Shown here in pieces: positions 24,370 to 37,407 of a stretch of 64,000 nt of DNA; position 1 is the stretch's first letter; each line of letters opens with the position of its first letter. The position numbers were made by a program, and so were the translations under genes. Under the pieces are notes generated by a model. It was not told the DNA's origin, did no database searches, and saw only the letters and a program-made list of their open reading frames with translations. This DNA comes from Lytechinus pictus (lineage: Eukaryota), in assembly GCF_037042905.1 (NCBI RefSeq), contig NC_087253.1, positions 17,546,001 through 17,610,000 of the forward strand, in the 5' to 3' direction.

Positions 24370-27268
24370 AAAAGGATTAATATCCTACAACGTTGATAGT
24401 ATTGCACACATATGAATCTAACTATTGTTTTACAAGTCTACTTACCAAACCAGACAGCACCAAAGCGGATTTTAGGATTTTATCAACGTAGTTTTACTGT
24501 GTTTATTTTTACTTATTTGCATATGTGTTTCTTTTAACTGTGTTGTGTTTCTTTTAACTTATTTGCATATGTGTTTCTTTTACTGTGTTTCTTTTACTGA
24601 TTTGCATACGCGTCAGTCAGAAGTGCAACCTCAAAAAATAAAATGAATTTTCAGATCATCAACAGGAATGATGCTTGCGGCAAAAGTTGCGATTAGGAAA
24701 AGAAGGAAATAAACTTAATAGAGCAAAACTATATAGCAGTGGAAGAGATATATCATGCTGCCGATTTGAAGTAAAAAGAAATTGATCGAATTTGAACTCC
24801 CAAATGATTCATTGCCAAGAATTCTAATAAAATGAATTATTTATTACGATCTGTCAACGAAACAAATATAAATTACGTTTTTACATGTCTTCATTATGCA
24901 ATTTCTTAGTTGCACTACATTTTGTAATTACATAAAGTGATTTGAATTTTGAATTTTTGAATTTTTAATATATGAATACTCAAGGTCTACATTATGCAGC
25001 AATATATTACAGACCAGGCCGAGTACACGATTCTACTATACAAAGCCTATATACAAATTATTAGGAATGGACACTAACACGGTATTGTTATATTCCGGTA
25101 TGATAGCCACAGGAATTTATTGCAGTAGAATATTTATTCCCCCCATATATTGACGCAAAAAACTCCATTCACGGTCGACTAGTTTCACTATGAACCGTAC
25201 AACTGAATCACGCACACGGTTCGTGCAAACACACGCAATTTACAATGTTAACTGGATTATGGGAAATATGCTCGTGCGGAGTATGATAGATAGAAGATAA
25301 TTCATGCATTTGTCACAAACAGATGAAATAACAATATCAAATTAAGCGAACGATTGAATTGCAAAGGCGGTTACCAGTATTTATTGCGTATCAGAATCAT
25401 AGCACAGTCATCGAACTATATTACCAATAGCCCCTCCTGTAACATCCAAGTTCGCAATTAAGCACCTCACCACTGTTATCATTATCATTACCTATTTCCC
25501 CATTCAAGAGAAGTAGCAAATACAAATAGAAAAACATACAAAGTTCAACAAATTCAACTGTTTACAGAGTAAATAACATAGTCATATAAGAGGAAACTTA
25601 CAACTTTACCAACTCCATAGATTTAAAAGGCAATTGGCATGGTTTGCATGGTTAAAATATAAAATGCGAAAGCATACATTGCTGAGTTAAAAAAAACAGT
25701 AATACAAATAAAAACAATGGCAAACTCTTACAATATGATCGGTCTAAATAGACAATGTATTTGTAAATATCCAATCAAAACATATTCCGGTAAATGGGTC
25801 AATATACTTGGTTAAAATGTATATACGTACCAGAGTTTCTGTTGATTTTGACCACTTGGGTTGATTTAACAAAAAGTGTATCATTGAACTATATAAAATA
25901 TACTGAATGTTTTATAGGAAAACTTAAATCTCACTCATTATTTTGGCAATTTAAAATGAAATAAAATGAGGAAGGACCATGTTATATGCACGGCCCACTG
26001 GAAGATCAGCTATAAGCTAAAGTGGCTAACCTTGGTAAAAATGAGACATTATGTTAATCATGTTTATTAAAAGGAAGTAAATGTTCCATTTCCCCCAAAA
26101 TGTTGAAAATTCAAAATTCACAAGCTGCATAAGACAAAAAGAAATTGGTATTTAAAAAATACATATAATTCATTAAAATACCGGTCCAACAAATAGCGCA
26201 TAACCCAATAAAATCTTCACTTGGTAATTTATACCTTAAGAAGGATCCATTAAAATTGAGGCTAATGAATTATCCCATTAAAGTTCAAAATTCATAAATA
26301 CACACACACACACCACATACACTCACATAAATGTGCAAACACAGATACATATGTGTGTGTGTGTTTTGTTTTGTTTGTCTAATTTTCGAATCATATTCTT
26401 CTCAGCCTGCAGTACCCATTAAAGTTTGTAATAATTGTATTATCATATTGTATATTTTGATTAGGAAAAATATTTAATAATATACATTCTTATTTTATGT
26501 TATATGCAGGCCTAAGACTCATTGAAGCATTTTTTTGCTTGTTTTTAAGAGGAAGGACTAAAACATCACGTTAAAAAGGAATGTGCGTACACCAATTTTA
26601 AGGTAAAAATGCTGCGATGTCATGTTGTCATTGAGTAAAATGCACGTTATTAAAAGTATTACGACGTCACTTGGATGTATTCCTTACTGAGCATGGCAAG
26701 ATAGGAAATTGGACGGTTTCTCTGATTAATATCGTCAGAGAGTTTGCTTAAAACACGCACCAAACTTTCAATTGTACTATTGACAGTAATCGTTTCTGTA
26801 TGTCATTGTAGAAAACAACAGTTATTAATTATATTTCAAATGACGTTCAGCACGTAAGTAAGTGTTAAGCGGGTTTTATCATAATTATACTAGGCGTATC
26901 TGCTATGTTGCATTGCAGTCATGTTGATTTTATCAGATTATCAGTTAAAAAAATATGAATCACTTGCGTTCGTACAAATCATAAACAAATCGAATATTAA
27001 TGAGAAATTAAACTATAAATGTTTTCAAATGAATTCTATGTGCATGAACGGGAGGTATAGTTTGATATCACATCCTTGTCGTTATTGCTAAATAAAAAGA
27101 CAACAACACTAAATATAATAAAATCCAATGAATATGATACAATTCAGTGAATAATTTAGAAATTTCTAAAGGAAATAAAAATGATGATAGCAATTTATAT
27201 ACCACCATTTATCGAGAAAAAAATACCATTCAAGGCAGTGGTATTGTAGTTACTAACAATGATTAAAA

Positions 27269-28902
27269 CCGGAGTTCAGTATCACAAATGTTTGTAATCA
27301 ATCGCTAAAGTACAATGGCCAATCATTGTTGCATGCGCATTTTCTTCACAAGACTGACCGAGAACCAATCAGGAGTGTTCCTTCATCATTGCAATTATTC
27401 ACAAACATTTGTGTAACGCGTCCCATGTATGATCTCCTCGAATTTCAACACTGAACCTGAATAATTCTTGAATCGTAAAACTTTCTGAGAGCGTCAGTTT
27501 GTAGCCATTTTGGTCAAAAGTTTTTAACTTTTATATAATAAGCCTACATGATGAGTTACGTATTATCATTATAATTCAAAAGAGATATATCATAGTTATG
27601 GCGTAAATCATCTCAACTATAACCTTACTACGTTTGTGGTTCTCTCACTTCTTTCAACGATGACTATTTATAGGGTGACTGTTAAAAATGCTTCATGATC
27701 TATTTGATTATTAACCATGTAAATGGATCTATTCTTATTCAATATTAATCATAAATTATCAGTCCTTATTAGCCATTGTTTGACTTTAGTTAAATAGATA
27801 GATTAAAATGAAAATGAGATTCTTATGATACATAATGACAATATCTTAATAACTTGTAAGAATATTACTGATTATCATAGTGTGATGACATGGGCTTTGT
27901 TACACAAAATGTTTGCAATCAATCGCTAATGGGAATGGCCAATTAAGATCATTGCCACATGGGCATTTCGTTCAAAAGACTGACCAGGATTCAATCAGGG
28001 ATGCTCCTTCATATTTGCAATCAATCGGAAAACTTTTGTGTAACGGGGCCACACATATATCATCTGCTAACATTTAACAATTAAATTCACATGAATATAC
28101 CTAAATTTCTATCGCTCTGAGTATAACTGAAATGGTAGAACTATCGGCACTATATACATAAAGTTTGACCTTACACTGAGTAAAGATGAAAAATGATTTT
28201 GTTGAGCAGAGTCAACCCCATATGCGTTGTAAATTTCAACAATGCATATGAATATTTGTCAACCGAACATAATTTTCGTCGCATATAATATTTCAAACTT
28301 CCTTTTGAACTCAACAATAGTGGGTAATGTTTTTTTACTCAACCTATTATAGTGTAAGATACATTACAATCATGTTGAGTATATATTTATATTATCATAA
28401 CATATAAATAAAACATAAATACATGAAACCATGTAATTGGTTTAGAATAGAACCTATTTGCATGGAAGAGGAGGTAGGGTCCATTATCACGTTCACACCA
28501 TTAGTTTGAGTAAAAACATGACAATATCATCAAATGCAGCACAACAAAAACGAACAAAAATTGCAAAGTACTTTTATACGAAAAACAAGTGGCAAAGCAA
28601 CTGCAAATTGTAATTACATTCTTGTCCCCGTGTCACAGAGGCTTGCGATCAGTCGCAAAATAGCAATAGCCAATCAGGAGTTTCCTTCATATCTGCAATT
28701 AATGGCAATCAATTGTGTTGCATGCAGAGCCCAGTTATCATGGGTTCTTTTACACAGAGGTTTACAACCAACCGCTAAATGCCAATGGCCGATCAAAATC
28801 ATTGTTGCATGTGCATTTCGTTCAAATGACTGACCAAGAGCCAATCGGGAGCGTTCCTTCATAATTGCAGTCAATTACAATCCTCCGTGTAAAGGAACCC
28901 AG
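27269..28902. repeat. Degenerate tandem array of units each carrying the same ~155-bp MITE
   Basis: MITE copies at ~27269-27425, 27891-28050 and 28741-28902 (partial at 28625), with homologous right flanks tat(g/c)atct.ct... Confidence 0.6.
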
Positions 28903-29921
28903 GTATGATCTGCTTGCACTCGAGCACTGAACATCTGGCTTACAAAATTAGTGCATTATAAATTGTAGAACCTCTCAATGGGTTGACCTCACGTTGATTA
29001 AATAGAAAATAATAATTATCCTGATAATTATGTAGGACTGTTGAAGAGAATGGCAGTTAAGGCTGCGTAAGTTTGAACAACATGTCTGCATTTTCCGCAT
29101 CGTAGCTAGCTTTTTATCTCATATTGTGTCAAACAAGATCCACATTGCTCAACAAGTGGGTATTACTCAAACTTTTGTAGAGTGTTGAATCGTCTTGCAT
29201 TCGTTGAGTTAAATTGCCAAGAAAAAAATCAAAGGAAATACAGTTTCAACTGAAATTGAATTTAACAATGATGAAAAGTGATTTGTGATTTTGCAGGACA
29301 TTATATAGGTGAGGTGATCACGTCGCATTAATGGTCACGCGTTGCTAATCTAACTTGATCCAACGTTTTGAAACATATTATTCATGATTAGGGATCGATT
29401 ATTCAAATCTATTAATCACTTCTTTATGACATGAATCTTATCAAACATAACCTTAATATCATTTTCCAACTTCCACTCAAAGTTAGTTTATATTAAGGGT
29501 GATTATTGAAATAGCTATCAATGTACAATTTGTATTTTACAGTCTGAACCATGTTAAATACATCAATTATTAAATGACACGTCATTTAGTCATTAGTTAT
29601 TGTTCTCTGTTTTCTTGTTGAGCGACATCAAACAACTAGCAGATCTTTATGTCACTTTAATATGTTTAGAGGTTGACGCTATACACATCGCAGTATTGTT
29701 TCCATTGCTAAACTTAGAATTCTTCCCTTCTCATTTTAAAAACTTCGAAATCTTTCTTTCTTGTTAGCCATTGTTTTGTCACAAATGAAACAATATGAAT
29801 GGACTCCTGTGAAATAAAGCTCTGCAAATGTTCATGGAACCTTCCTTCATTTCCTGTTAGCACGATACAAAGATGATGTCTACAAAATCTTAAGAATTTA
29901 CCATGTTATATCCCGATAGGG

Positions 29922-31115
29922 TTACACAAAAGAAAAATTGCGTCCTTGGTATGTTTTACTACCTAACTTTTTTCTTGAGATGGAGAGTATTAGGCCGCTG
30001 AAAACCAGTGGCCTCGAGAGCGTTCTACATTCTTCCAGATTGTGATGGTACCAATTCCTTACAATGATAGTAATAAGTAATGAAATCAATATTAATATAA
30101 ATAAGACTGAATTTTCGCATGTAAACCTTTTGGCGGATCCATACAAGTTTTCCAAGCGCATGCAATTCCAAGTACGCTTCATCTCATTTTCGGAGAGTTG
30201 TAACTTCATGTAGTCTTTGGTTCTTCTCTTCGGATGAAGCTCTTTGTAGAAGTTCAGTCTGTTGACAATCTCGATGTTTCTTCTTTGCAACAGCATTCCA
30301 CAGTAGACGTCATCAAATGGAACTCTAGGAAGGCATTCTGTGGAGGCTTCGTAGAGCTTCTGTACCACATCCTGTGACATTACATATCCATGACCAAACG
30401 GTGACACTGGGTAGGTATCCTCTGGGTACAACTCTCTCGGGATGTACCATTTGCTGTACGCATTTCGGACTGGTGGGTACGTGTTTGGCTTCCCCAGGAA
30501 GAAACCCGACTGTTGCTCCATCGGCAGCGACTCTAAATCATGGACAAGAGTCACAACGTCAAGCATTACATCGTCATCAATGGACATCACAAACTCGGTG
30601 TCGCTACAGAAATTGACCGCCCATTTTAAGCTCATCACGAGTTTGATGGTGAGGTTGTAGTAATGGTCGGCAAAGTCCACCTGCAAGATATCCCCGTACA
30701 GTTCAGCCTCCTCCCTGATGCTTTCTTTATCATGTTTATCCTTAGTATTTCCTAGGACAAACAACACTCTGGCAGACAGGTTATACTCCTGAATAGAATT
30801 GATATAAGTCTCCCGGATAACATTCCTAAGCGATGTGTGAGTGGTTGCCGACTTGACCAATATCAGCAACGTGTTGCTTTTCGTTTCTAACTGACATGTA
30901 TCCAAAGGATTAATCAAGAAGTCATAGATGGCAACTTGTAGTGTACCAGGTGTCCAACGAACAGTCTTCAACCAGCCCACTTTAGTCGGGTTTTCGACCA
31001 AGGTTACGGTAATCACCATACAGACACATGTTACCGCAAGAAAGATGGAAACGAATGTAGCACAGAGTACGATCACATTTCTTTTTGACACTGAACATGT
31101 TGAACGCCTCTCCAT
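29922..31115 (-). CDS. GT31 beta-1,3-glycosyltransferase paralog C, ~397 aa, two hydrophobic segments plus ~45-aa C-terminal tail
   Basis: Within ORF 29922..31376, which starts at a non-ATG codon. First in-frame ATG is 31115 (aacATGg, strong Kozak; MERRSTCS), then TM VIVLCATFVSIFLAVTCVCMVI and the full GT31 motif set. Confidence 0.92.
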   Translation of the reverse strand: MERRSTCSVSKRNVIVLCATFVSIFLAVTCVCMVITVTLVENPTKVGWLKTVRWTPGTLQVAIYDFLINPLDTCQLETKSNTLLILVKSATTHTSLRNVIRETYINSIQEYNLSARVLFVLGNTKDKHDKESIREEAELYGDILQVDFADHYYNLTIKLVMSLKWAVNFCSDTEFVMSIDDDVMLDVVTLVHDLESLPMEQQSGFFLGKPNTYPPVRNAYSKWYIPRELYPEDTYPVSPFGHGYVMSQDVVQKLYEASTECLPRVPFDDVYCGMLLQRRNIEIVNRLNFYKELHPKRRTKDYMKLQLSENEMKRTWNCMRLENLYGSAKRFTCENSVLFILILISLLITIIVRNWYHHNLEECRTLSRPLVFSGLILSISRKKLGSKTYQGRNFSFV

Positions 31116-31575
31116 GTTCCTATGCGCAATGGAAGATCCCCAGTATAACTCGGAGTTGTATTTATTTGGGTGGCTCCACCCAATATTTTTAATGATCCAA
31201 AAGTATGTGGAATTTGCTGGTTTGTCCTCGTGGAAAAGAAAGACCGTCGAACACACTGGAATATGGTCGTCATTGGGAAGATATCGCCACAACAGTGGTT
31301 TGCCCCCGTGCGGAACAAAAATAGTCAAATATGGTTCGCATTGGAAGATAGATCGCCGTAACAGTGAGCGAATCAAACGAATGCTTTATGCACAACCGCT
31401 TTGCGTTTATAGCTACCAGTCGATGCAGTGGGTGTCGCTACCATCATTTTTAATCGGGGCGTGACAATACCAACGACCTTTTGTGGGGTTAAGAGGAAGC
31501 TCCAATCTGCATTTGATTTGATTCATTTTGGATCATTCGCAATATGAAAATTGTGAAATGAAGGTGGGACCATGT

Positions 31576-31824
31576 ACACTCTAAAAATATTGGCTAAAAG
31601 TGTTCCAAGAGGGTAATTATGCGTCCAACCAACATTGGGTATGTTTTTTTCATTTTTATTTATCCAGCGTGATGAAAATTGTGCCCATTCTAAAGGAATT
31701 GCTGCTTATTTCTTAACCTTACTGGACAATATGCTTTTCGCATTGGGTAAAATACTGCCCAAAATTGGTTGGACACATAATACCCTCGTGGTGGTAAAAA
31801 ATTTACCCAATATTTTTTACAGTG
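31576..31824. mobile_element. CACT-ended MITE immediately upstream of gene C
   Basis: tacactctaaaaatattgg ... ccaatattttttacagtg. Confidence 0.7.
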
Positions 31825-32430
31825 CAATTTCCGTACTCAGACATGAGAAGTAAATTTGATAATGAATTCATGTCAAATATTGTAAGTCTTTATCATAACA
31901 AGATTGAGAAATTATAAATGTATGATAGACATTGCAAATAAGTATGCTAATGCCCAATTTCGCAATAAGTTGTTGTTTTGGAGCAAGAACGCCCTTAGCA
32001 AAACATTTATGCGCACCTCATCAATGCAGAAACGCCCTTGTGCAATTCTTTTATTCATGCTGCTAAGGGCGCTTTTGCTCGCATGAGATGCGCAAAAGTA
32101 TGGTGTTAAGGGTGTTCTTGCACCGATATGACGAAGTATACTATGTTATAGAAAACTTTCATCGGTTGGGGATGATTACATGAAATAATGTTCGAACTTC
32201 TACCAACTTTAAAGGACAAGTCCACCCCAACAAAAAGTTAAGTTGAATAAAAAGAGAAAAATCTAACAAGCATAACACTGAAAATTTGACCAAAATCGGA
32301 TGTACAATGTAAAATGTAAGTTATGGCATTTTAAAGTTTCGCTTAATTTCACAAAACAGTTATATGCAAATCCTGGTTGGTATGCAAATGAGGAGACTGA
32401 TGACGTCATCCACTCACTATTTCTTTTGAA

Positions 32431-34620
32431 TTTATTAACAAACTTCGTTCATATGGCATGAATATTTTGTTTTAAACTATATACAATGATAACATAAACA
32501 AAAACATTCATAACTGTATGTCGTATAAATCAGTAATACATCAATACATAGATTGCCAATTATTATAAATATATACATCTATATACAAAGAGAAATGACG
32601 AATTGAAATTTAACATAAAGAAGGTGTAGCATAATGCAATATACATAAGTTATCTAATTATCGAATACAAATCAGGAAGTAAATGAATGCATAACGTTAG
32701 AGATATATCTTTGGTAATGGTGGCTTTGGTGGATTTTCGATAGCTTAAATGAAATTTAAAAAGAAAAATGTACTTGATGTTAAAACTCACCCCTTTTGTT
32801 TATAATCGCTTTGAAGAACTTACAAAAATTATCAATTAAGTTTTCATTATCAAGTTTCATTATGAATATAAATTTGTCTTCATCGCTAAGGTTCTTAAAG
32901 GGATGGTCCGTGCTAAAAATATTTATATCTTAATACATAGAGTAGAGTTCACTGAGCAAAATGCCGAAAATTTCATCAAAATTGGATAACAAATAATAAA
33001 GTTATTGAAGTTTAAAGTTTAGCAATATTTTGTGAAAACAGTCGTCATGAATATTCATTAGGTGGACTGATGATGTCACATCCCCACTTTCCGTTTTCTT
33101 ATGTTATTACATAAAATCATATTTTTTTCATTATTTCATACTTGTGTGAATATTATGTCTCCCTTATAATGAAATAATTTGCAGCAATAAATATCTAATG
33201 CACTAAATCAGTTGTCAATCCAATTTTTCTAGTTCTTGGAGGAAAAAATTTGATTAAACCTAATTTCATATAATAAAATACATAAGAACAAGTGGAGATG
33301 TGACATCATCAGCCCACCTAATGAATATTCATGACGACTGTTTTCACAAAATATTGCTAAACTTTAAAATTCAATAACTTTGTTATTTGCTATCCGATTT
33401 TGATGAAATTTTTGGCATTTTGCTCAGTGAATTCTACTCTATTTATAAAACTATAAATATTTTCAGCCCGGACCATCCCTTTAAGCTGTTCATACATTTC
33501 AGCTATTTTGTAAAAAAACATCACCCTTTCAGTTGTGTGTACATTACATTCTATTATCGTGTGATACTCATCCCCAATCCTTCCTGAATTACAATTATTG
33601 CACATTCTTAAATGTGAGGGTATTTTATCCGGACGTCTATGTCTTCCAGTTTCAATGGGTAAATTATGGGAACTTATTCTAAAGCGACAGATGTTTTTCC
33701 GTATTTTCTGATTTTTAAAAGTTAATAGATATTTCTCTGTTTGTATATTATGTTTAAAAAGTTTATAAGGTCTCTATTTATTTTGTTCAACATCATTTGC
33801 TCGATCATTACGTAAATCCAATAAGAACTGGCGATTTAAAATATCTTCAACTTTGTTTTTTATTTCTTCTTCTACTACTCTATCACTATCGAATATCTCA
33901 CCTAGTTCTAAACAATTCTTATTCACATCCAAATATATGTTAAATCCCTTAAAAAGGTGTTGCAGATTTCCTAGCCAGCATTCGCAATTATTCTCAATTA
34001 TCTTTTTGTTTTCTTCAAAGGAGTGATGTAGCAAAGAATCTTCATCTATACTTCTCATTCGAGCATAATATTTTCCCAAGTTTCCGCTAATTTGTGTTAT
34101 CAATGGATACATTCCAACTTCTGCAAGTATTGCTAAGTGGCTGTTCCTTTTGTTAATTCCTAAGACATTTCTCAACCATTGAAACTGGACACACTGAATT
34201 TCATTTCTCAGATACAACTTTGAATTACCATTTGCAAGCTCCGCTAACTTTTTAAAGTTGACGATAAAAGCGCCCCATACCTCCGAACCATATAAGAGTA
34301 TTGGCTTTATTAAAGAGTCAAATATTCGTGATGCGGTTTTTATATTTGGAAGATTGTAACCAAAGATTGAAATAATTTGAATAATACTCTCTTGGCTTTA
34401 TCTGCCAGATTAACTCTTGTATCTTTGAATGAACCGCAGTTATTGAAAACCAAACCTAAATATGTTGCATGTTTAACAATCAATGTTCTGACCGTTTACC
34501 TCGGAAGCCTGATCTTTTTCTAATTTTTTCCATTCTTGTTACAAATCATCATTTTTGTTTTGTCCGGATCAACATTCAATAGCCATTTATCACGGTAAAT
34601 ACCAAGTCTATCTAACAATG
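32431..34620 (-). mobile_element. 5'-truncated LINE (L2/Daphne/RTEX-like ORF2 C-terminal half) inserted in the MITE
   Basis: IKPILLYGSEVWG, LGINKRNSHLAILAEVGMYPL, RFRISSHNLPIETGR, C..C...GDEYH..IEC zinc knuckle; aataaa at the 3' end near 32431. Confidence 0.85.
32899..33480. mobile_element. Kolobok-like MITE (inner element) inserted in the LINE
   Basis: TTAA-agggatggtccg ... cggaccatccct-TTAA, ~190-bp inverted arms. Confidence 0.9.
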
Positions 34621-35467
34621 TATTTCATTATATGAAAAATGAAATATTCTAATTTTCTCCTTAATGTCAAGTGAAACAACGTTTAATTCCTCCTCAACAT
34701 GTGGAATTAGCATTGTTAAATACTATATGGTTCAGCCAAGTTGGTCCTTCTTGTCAAATATGAACAAAATGAAATATTGTATAATTCAAACAATAAAAAA
34801 CAAAAGAAATAGTGAGTGAAGGACATCATCGATTGTCTCATTTGCATGTCACTGAATTGTGTATATCACTGTTTTGTGAAAAAGAGTGAAACTTCAAAAT
34901 GTTATAACTTTCTTATTTTACATCCGATTTTGAGGAAATTTTCAGTATTATGCTAGTTTGATTTTTCTCTATTCATTCAAATAAACATTTTTCTGGGGTG
35001 GACTTGTCCTTTAACAATATTAATGGCGAGCTCCTGTGAACTTTCTAAGGCCAAGTGATAAAAACTGCCCGAGGTCTGTAATTCTGTGTCTCTTAATCAC
35101 TAGACCTAAGGTGGGTGACAATATATATCCATAGTCTGGGTTAATCCTTTTTGTCCACAATGATTTTTCACGTTTCTTTTTCCTGAAGTTATACTTCAAA
35201 GTCAATTTGGGCACCATCCAATCCAATGTTGTGACCTTTATCAATTAAGGGCGTGTTCTACATGCAGCTGAATGGGTGAGGGAGGGGGGGAATGGTACAG
35301 TTTGAGGGCTCTTTTTTCCTCCATTCATCCAGAGTTCTGACTGTTTCTCCAACAGAACAATTGGCACACTATGTGGATCTACTGATCTGTGATCAACCTG
35401 TGACCAATGACCTTTCTTCTTTTGCATGGAACTTGGTCTTTTGGATGGACCAGTTACCTGCTTCTAA

Positions 35468-35630
35468 TACCAGGGTCACATTTGCTCTATGGCGGCCGTA
35501 CGGCGAGTCGAAAACAGCCGTTTTATTAATTTTTATTCAAACCAACTATATGTATAGCCGGTACAAAAATGTTAAAACGGCTGATTTCGACTCGCCGTAC
35601 GGCCGCCGTAGAGCAAATGTGACCCTGGTA
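35468..35630. mobile_element. Palindromic MITE (copy at 53846-54023)
   Basis: taccagggtcacatttgctcta... / ...tagagcaaatgtgaccctggta, ~55-bp TIRs. Confidence 0.85.
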
Positions 35631-35633
35631 TAA

Positions 35634-36010
35634 AGGCCACCGCACACCTTACGACTGTTCGCGATCCGATTTTGGAACAAATCGCATTTTGCTCACTTTC
35701 TGAAAATGTGAATGGAACATATCATTTTATTTGAGGTTAAAATCAATTGAAAGAATACTAATATAACCATTTTGAAATATTGCAAGCTTTTATTTTGGAG
35801 TAAAGGCCAAATTAATTTCAAATCGTAGCCAATCGTACGACCGCTATGACGTCAATACGACTAGATATCAAATTCGCTTTTATTCTAAGGATGACAGCAT
35901 AGTCACAAATTTGAATATAGGTATTCGTACGATGATTTCGAACATTACACAGTAAGATATTCCAGGTCTCAATACTAGCATCAAATTCTACTACATTTTA
36001 TTCTGAAATA
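35634..36010. mobile_element. Truncated copy of the PIF/Harbinger-like MITE at 38207-38622
   Basis: aggccaccgcacaccttacgactg...; interior is the reverse complement of 38245-38620. Confidence 0.75.
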
Positions 36011-36451
36011 TCATTAATCTTTTGGTTACCCCCCCCCCTTTTTTTTTGCTTGTCAAATTTTTCTTCGGAAGAATGTGCCCCCCCCCCTTTGGAAAATCCT
36101 GTAACCGCCCCTGTTTAGAGGCAGAAACCCTGCGCAAAGCACATACTCACCGCATACGCGCCGCATCTAGGCCGGGTCATTGACCTGTGCGCGCCATTTC
36201 AAAGACTTTATACACAAAGAATGGTTCGATCCAGTTCGTAAAATCAAAGGAGGGGGTTGAACCGGTTCGTAAAAATATTAGATTTGCCCTTATTTTTTTT
36301 TTTTAAATACGAATTTAGATCTGAAATTTGGAAAAACAATAGAGTAAATCATGGGCTTTCAGAATATGCTCCCCTCCCCCCAAAAAATTTCGAAAATTTG
36401 ACCGATAATTAGGTTTGAGCCGGTTCGTAAAATTACAAACGAAATGTTGTG

Positions 36452-36542
36452 TTATCTGCAATTTGACTGCCAAATCATTAATAGGAAAAGCAATGAGCCT
36501 ATGACTGATCCTTGCGGAACTTCACATTTTATTGACTGATAA
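36452..36542 (-). mobile_element. Small LINE RT fragment
   Basis: QSIKCEVPQGSVIGSLLFLL matches the RT motif GVPQGSxLGPLLF. Confidence 0.6.
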
Positions 36543-36552
36543 CCGGGGGGGG

Positions 36553-36713
36553 GGGGGGGCGTTTCATCAATATTTTCGTCCGACAAGTTGTCAGATCTGA
36601 CAACTTTCCTGGATTCTGATTGGTTGAGAAGCACTGTTACTATAGTAACTGTCGGATAAAATAGGACTTGTCGGATAAAACGTCCGACAAGTCCTTTCAT
36701 GAAACGCTCCCCA
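36553..36713. mobile_element. Palindromic MITE (copy at 51573-51732)
   Basis: ggggcgtttcatcaa ... ttcatgaaacgctcccc; tccgacaag repeats. Confidence 0.85.
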
Positions 36714-37407
36714 GGCCTACATTTTTTTTTCTACCAGGCTGATAAACCTCAGAGTATGATCACGATGGCAGGCTGATTACATGATGGTCATTGTTTTTTA
36801 AGTAAAAGTTTGAAGTCGAGACCATCGAAGGTTTTCTTAGGTCCATGACTTCTCCTGTCATATGTTATTTAATTGACATTGCACTTATATTAAATTTGCA
36901 TTTAAGAATAGTCAGTTGTTTTTATTTCCTGAAACCATATTGATTTAAATCTAGAGAGTGGAATCTAGGAATCTGTTTGTGGTATATTTTTTTAATTGGA
37001 TATGCTGTGAAAATAGAGATAGGCCTGTGTGAGTTTTACACGAGGAATGTTTTTTTTCCCGGAAATATAACATCCCGTTGCAAGACATCCTTAAAATTGT
37101 TCGATACTTCTATTAGAGCTATATGGAATAAAATGTGTTTTAATTATGTAGAAGCAATGATTTTTAAGTATTTGAAATCGTAAACCAAAGTACGATATTC
37201 TTAAATATCAGGTTGATTCTTGTTATTCAAAACGTATATAGCTTATACCCATTAATGATTTATTTTCAATGAATGATTTACAAACACCACATAGCTAGTC
37301 CCTGGAAAGCAGCGAACAATTTACCTAGTTAGTGGCTATGGAAACATCTAATTGAAGACATTTCACGAAGAGCCATTGAGACAGTCATACTGGTACCTAA
37401 ACAATCT

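Larger units (their letters stand above)
32213..35010. mobile_element. Kolobok-like MITE (outer element), split by a LINE insertion
   Basis: TTAA-aggacaagtccacccc ... ggggtggacttgtcct-TTAA; left arm 32213-32430 is an inverted match of right arm ~34790-35010. Confidence 0.85.

Noticed and set aside
31116-31376. 87-aa N-terminal extension of gene C in the ORF track
   Set aside because: It starts at a non-ATG codon and has no protein counterpart in the other paralogs; the ATG at 31115 has strong Kozak context.
30928-31464. 178-aa ORF antisense to gene C, and similar ORFs antisense to A, B and D
   Set aside because: Shadow frames of the real coding strand; no independent motifs.
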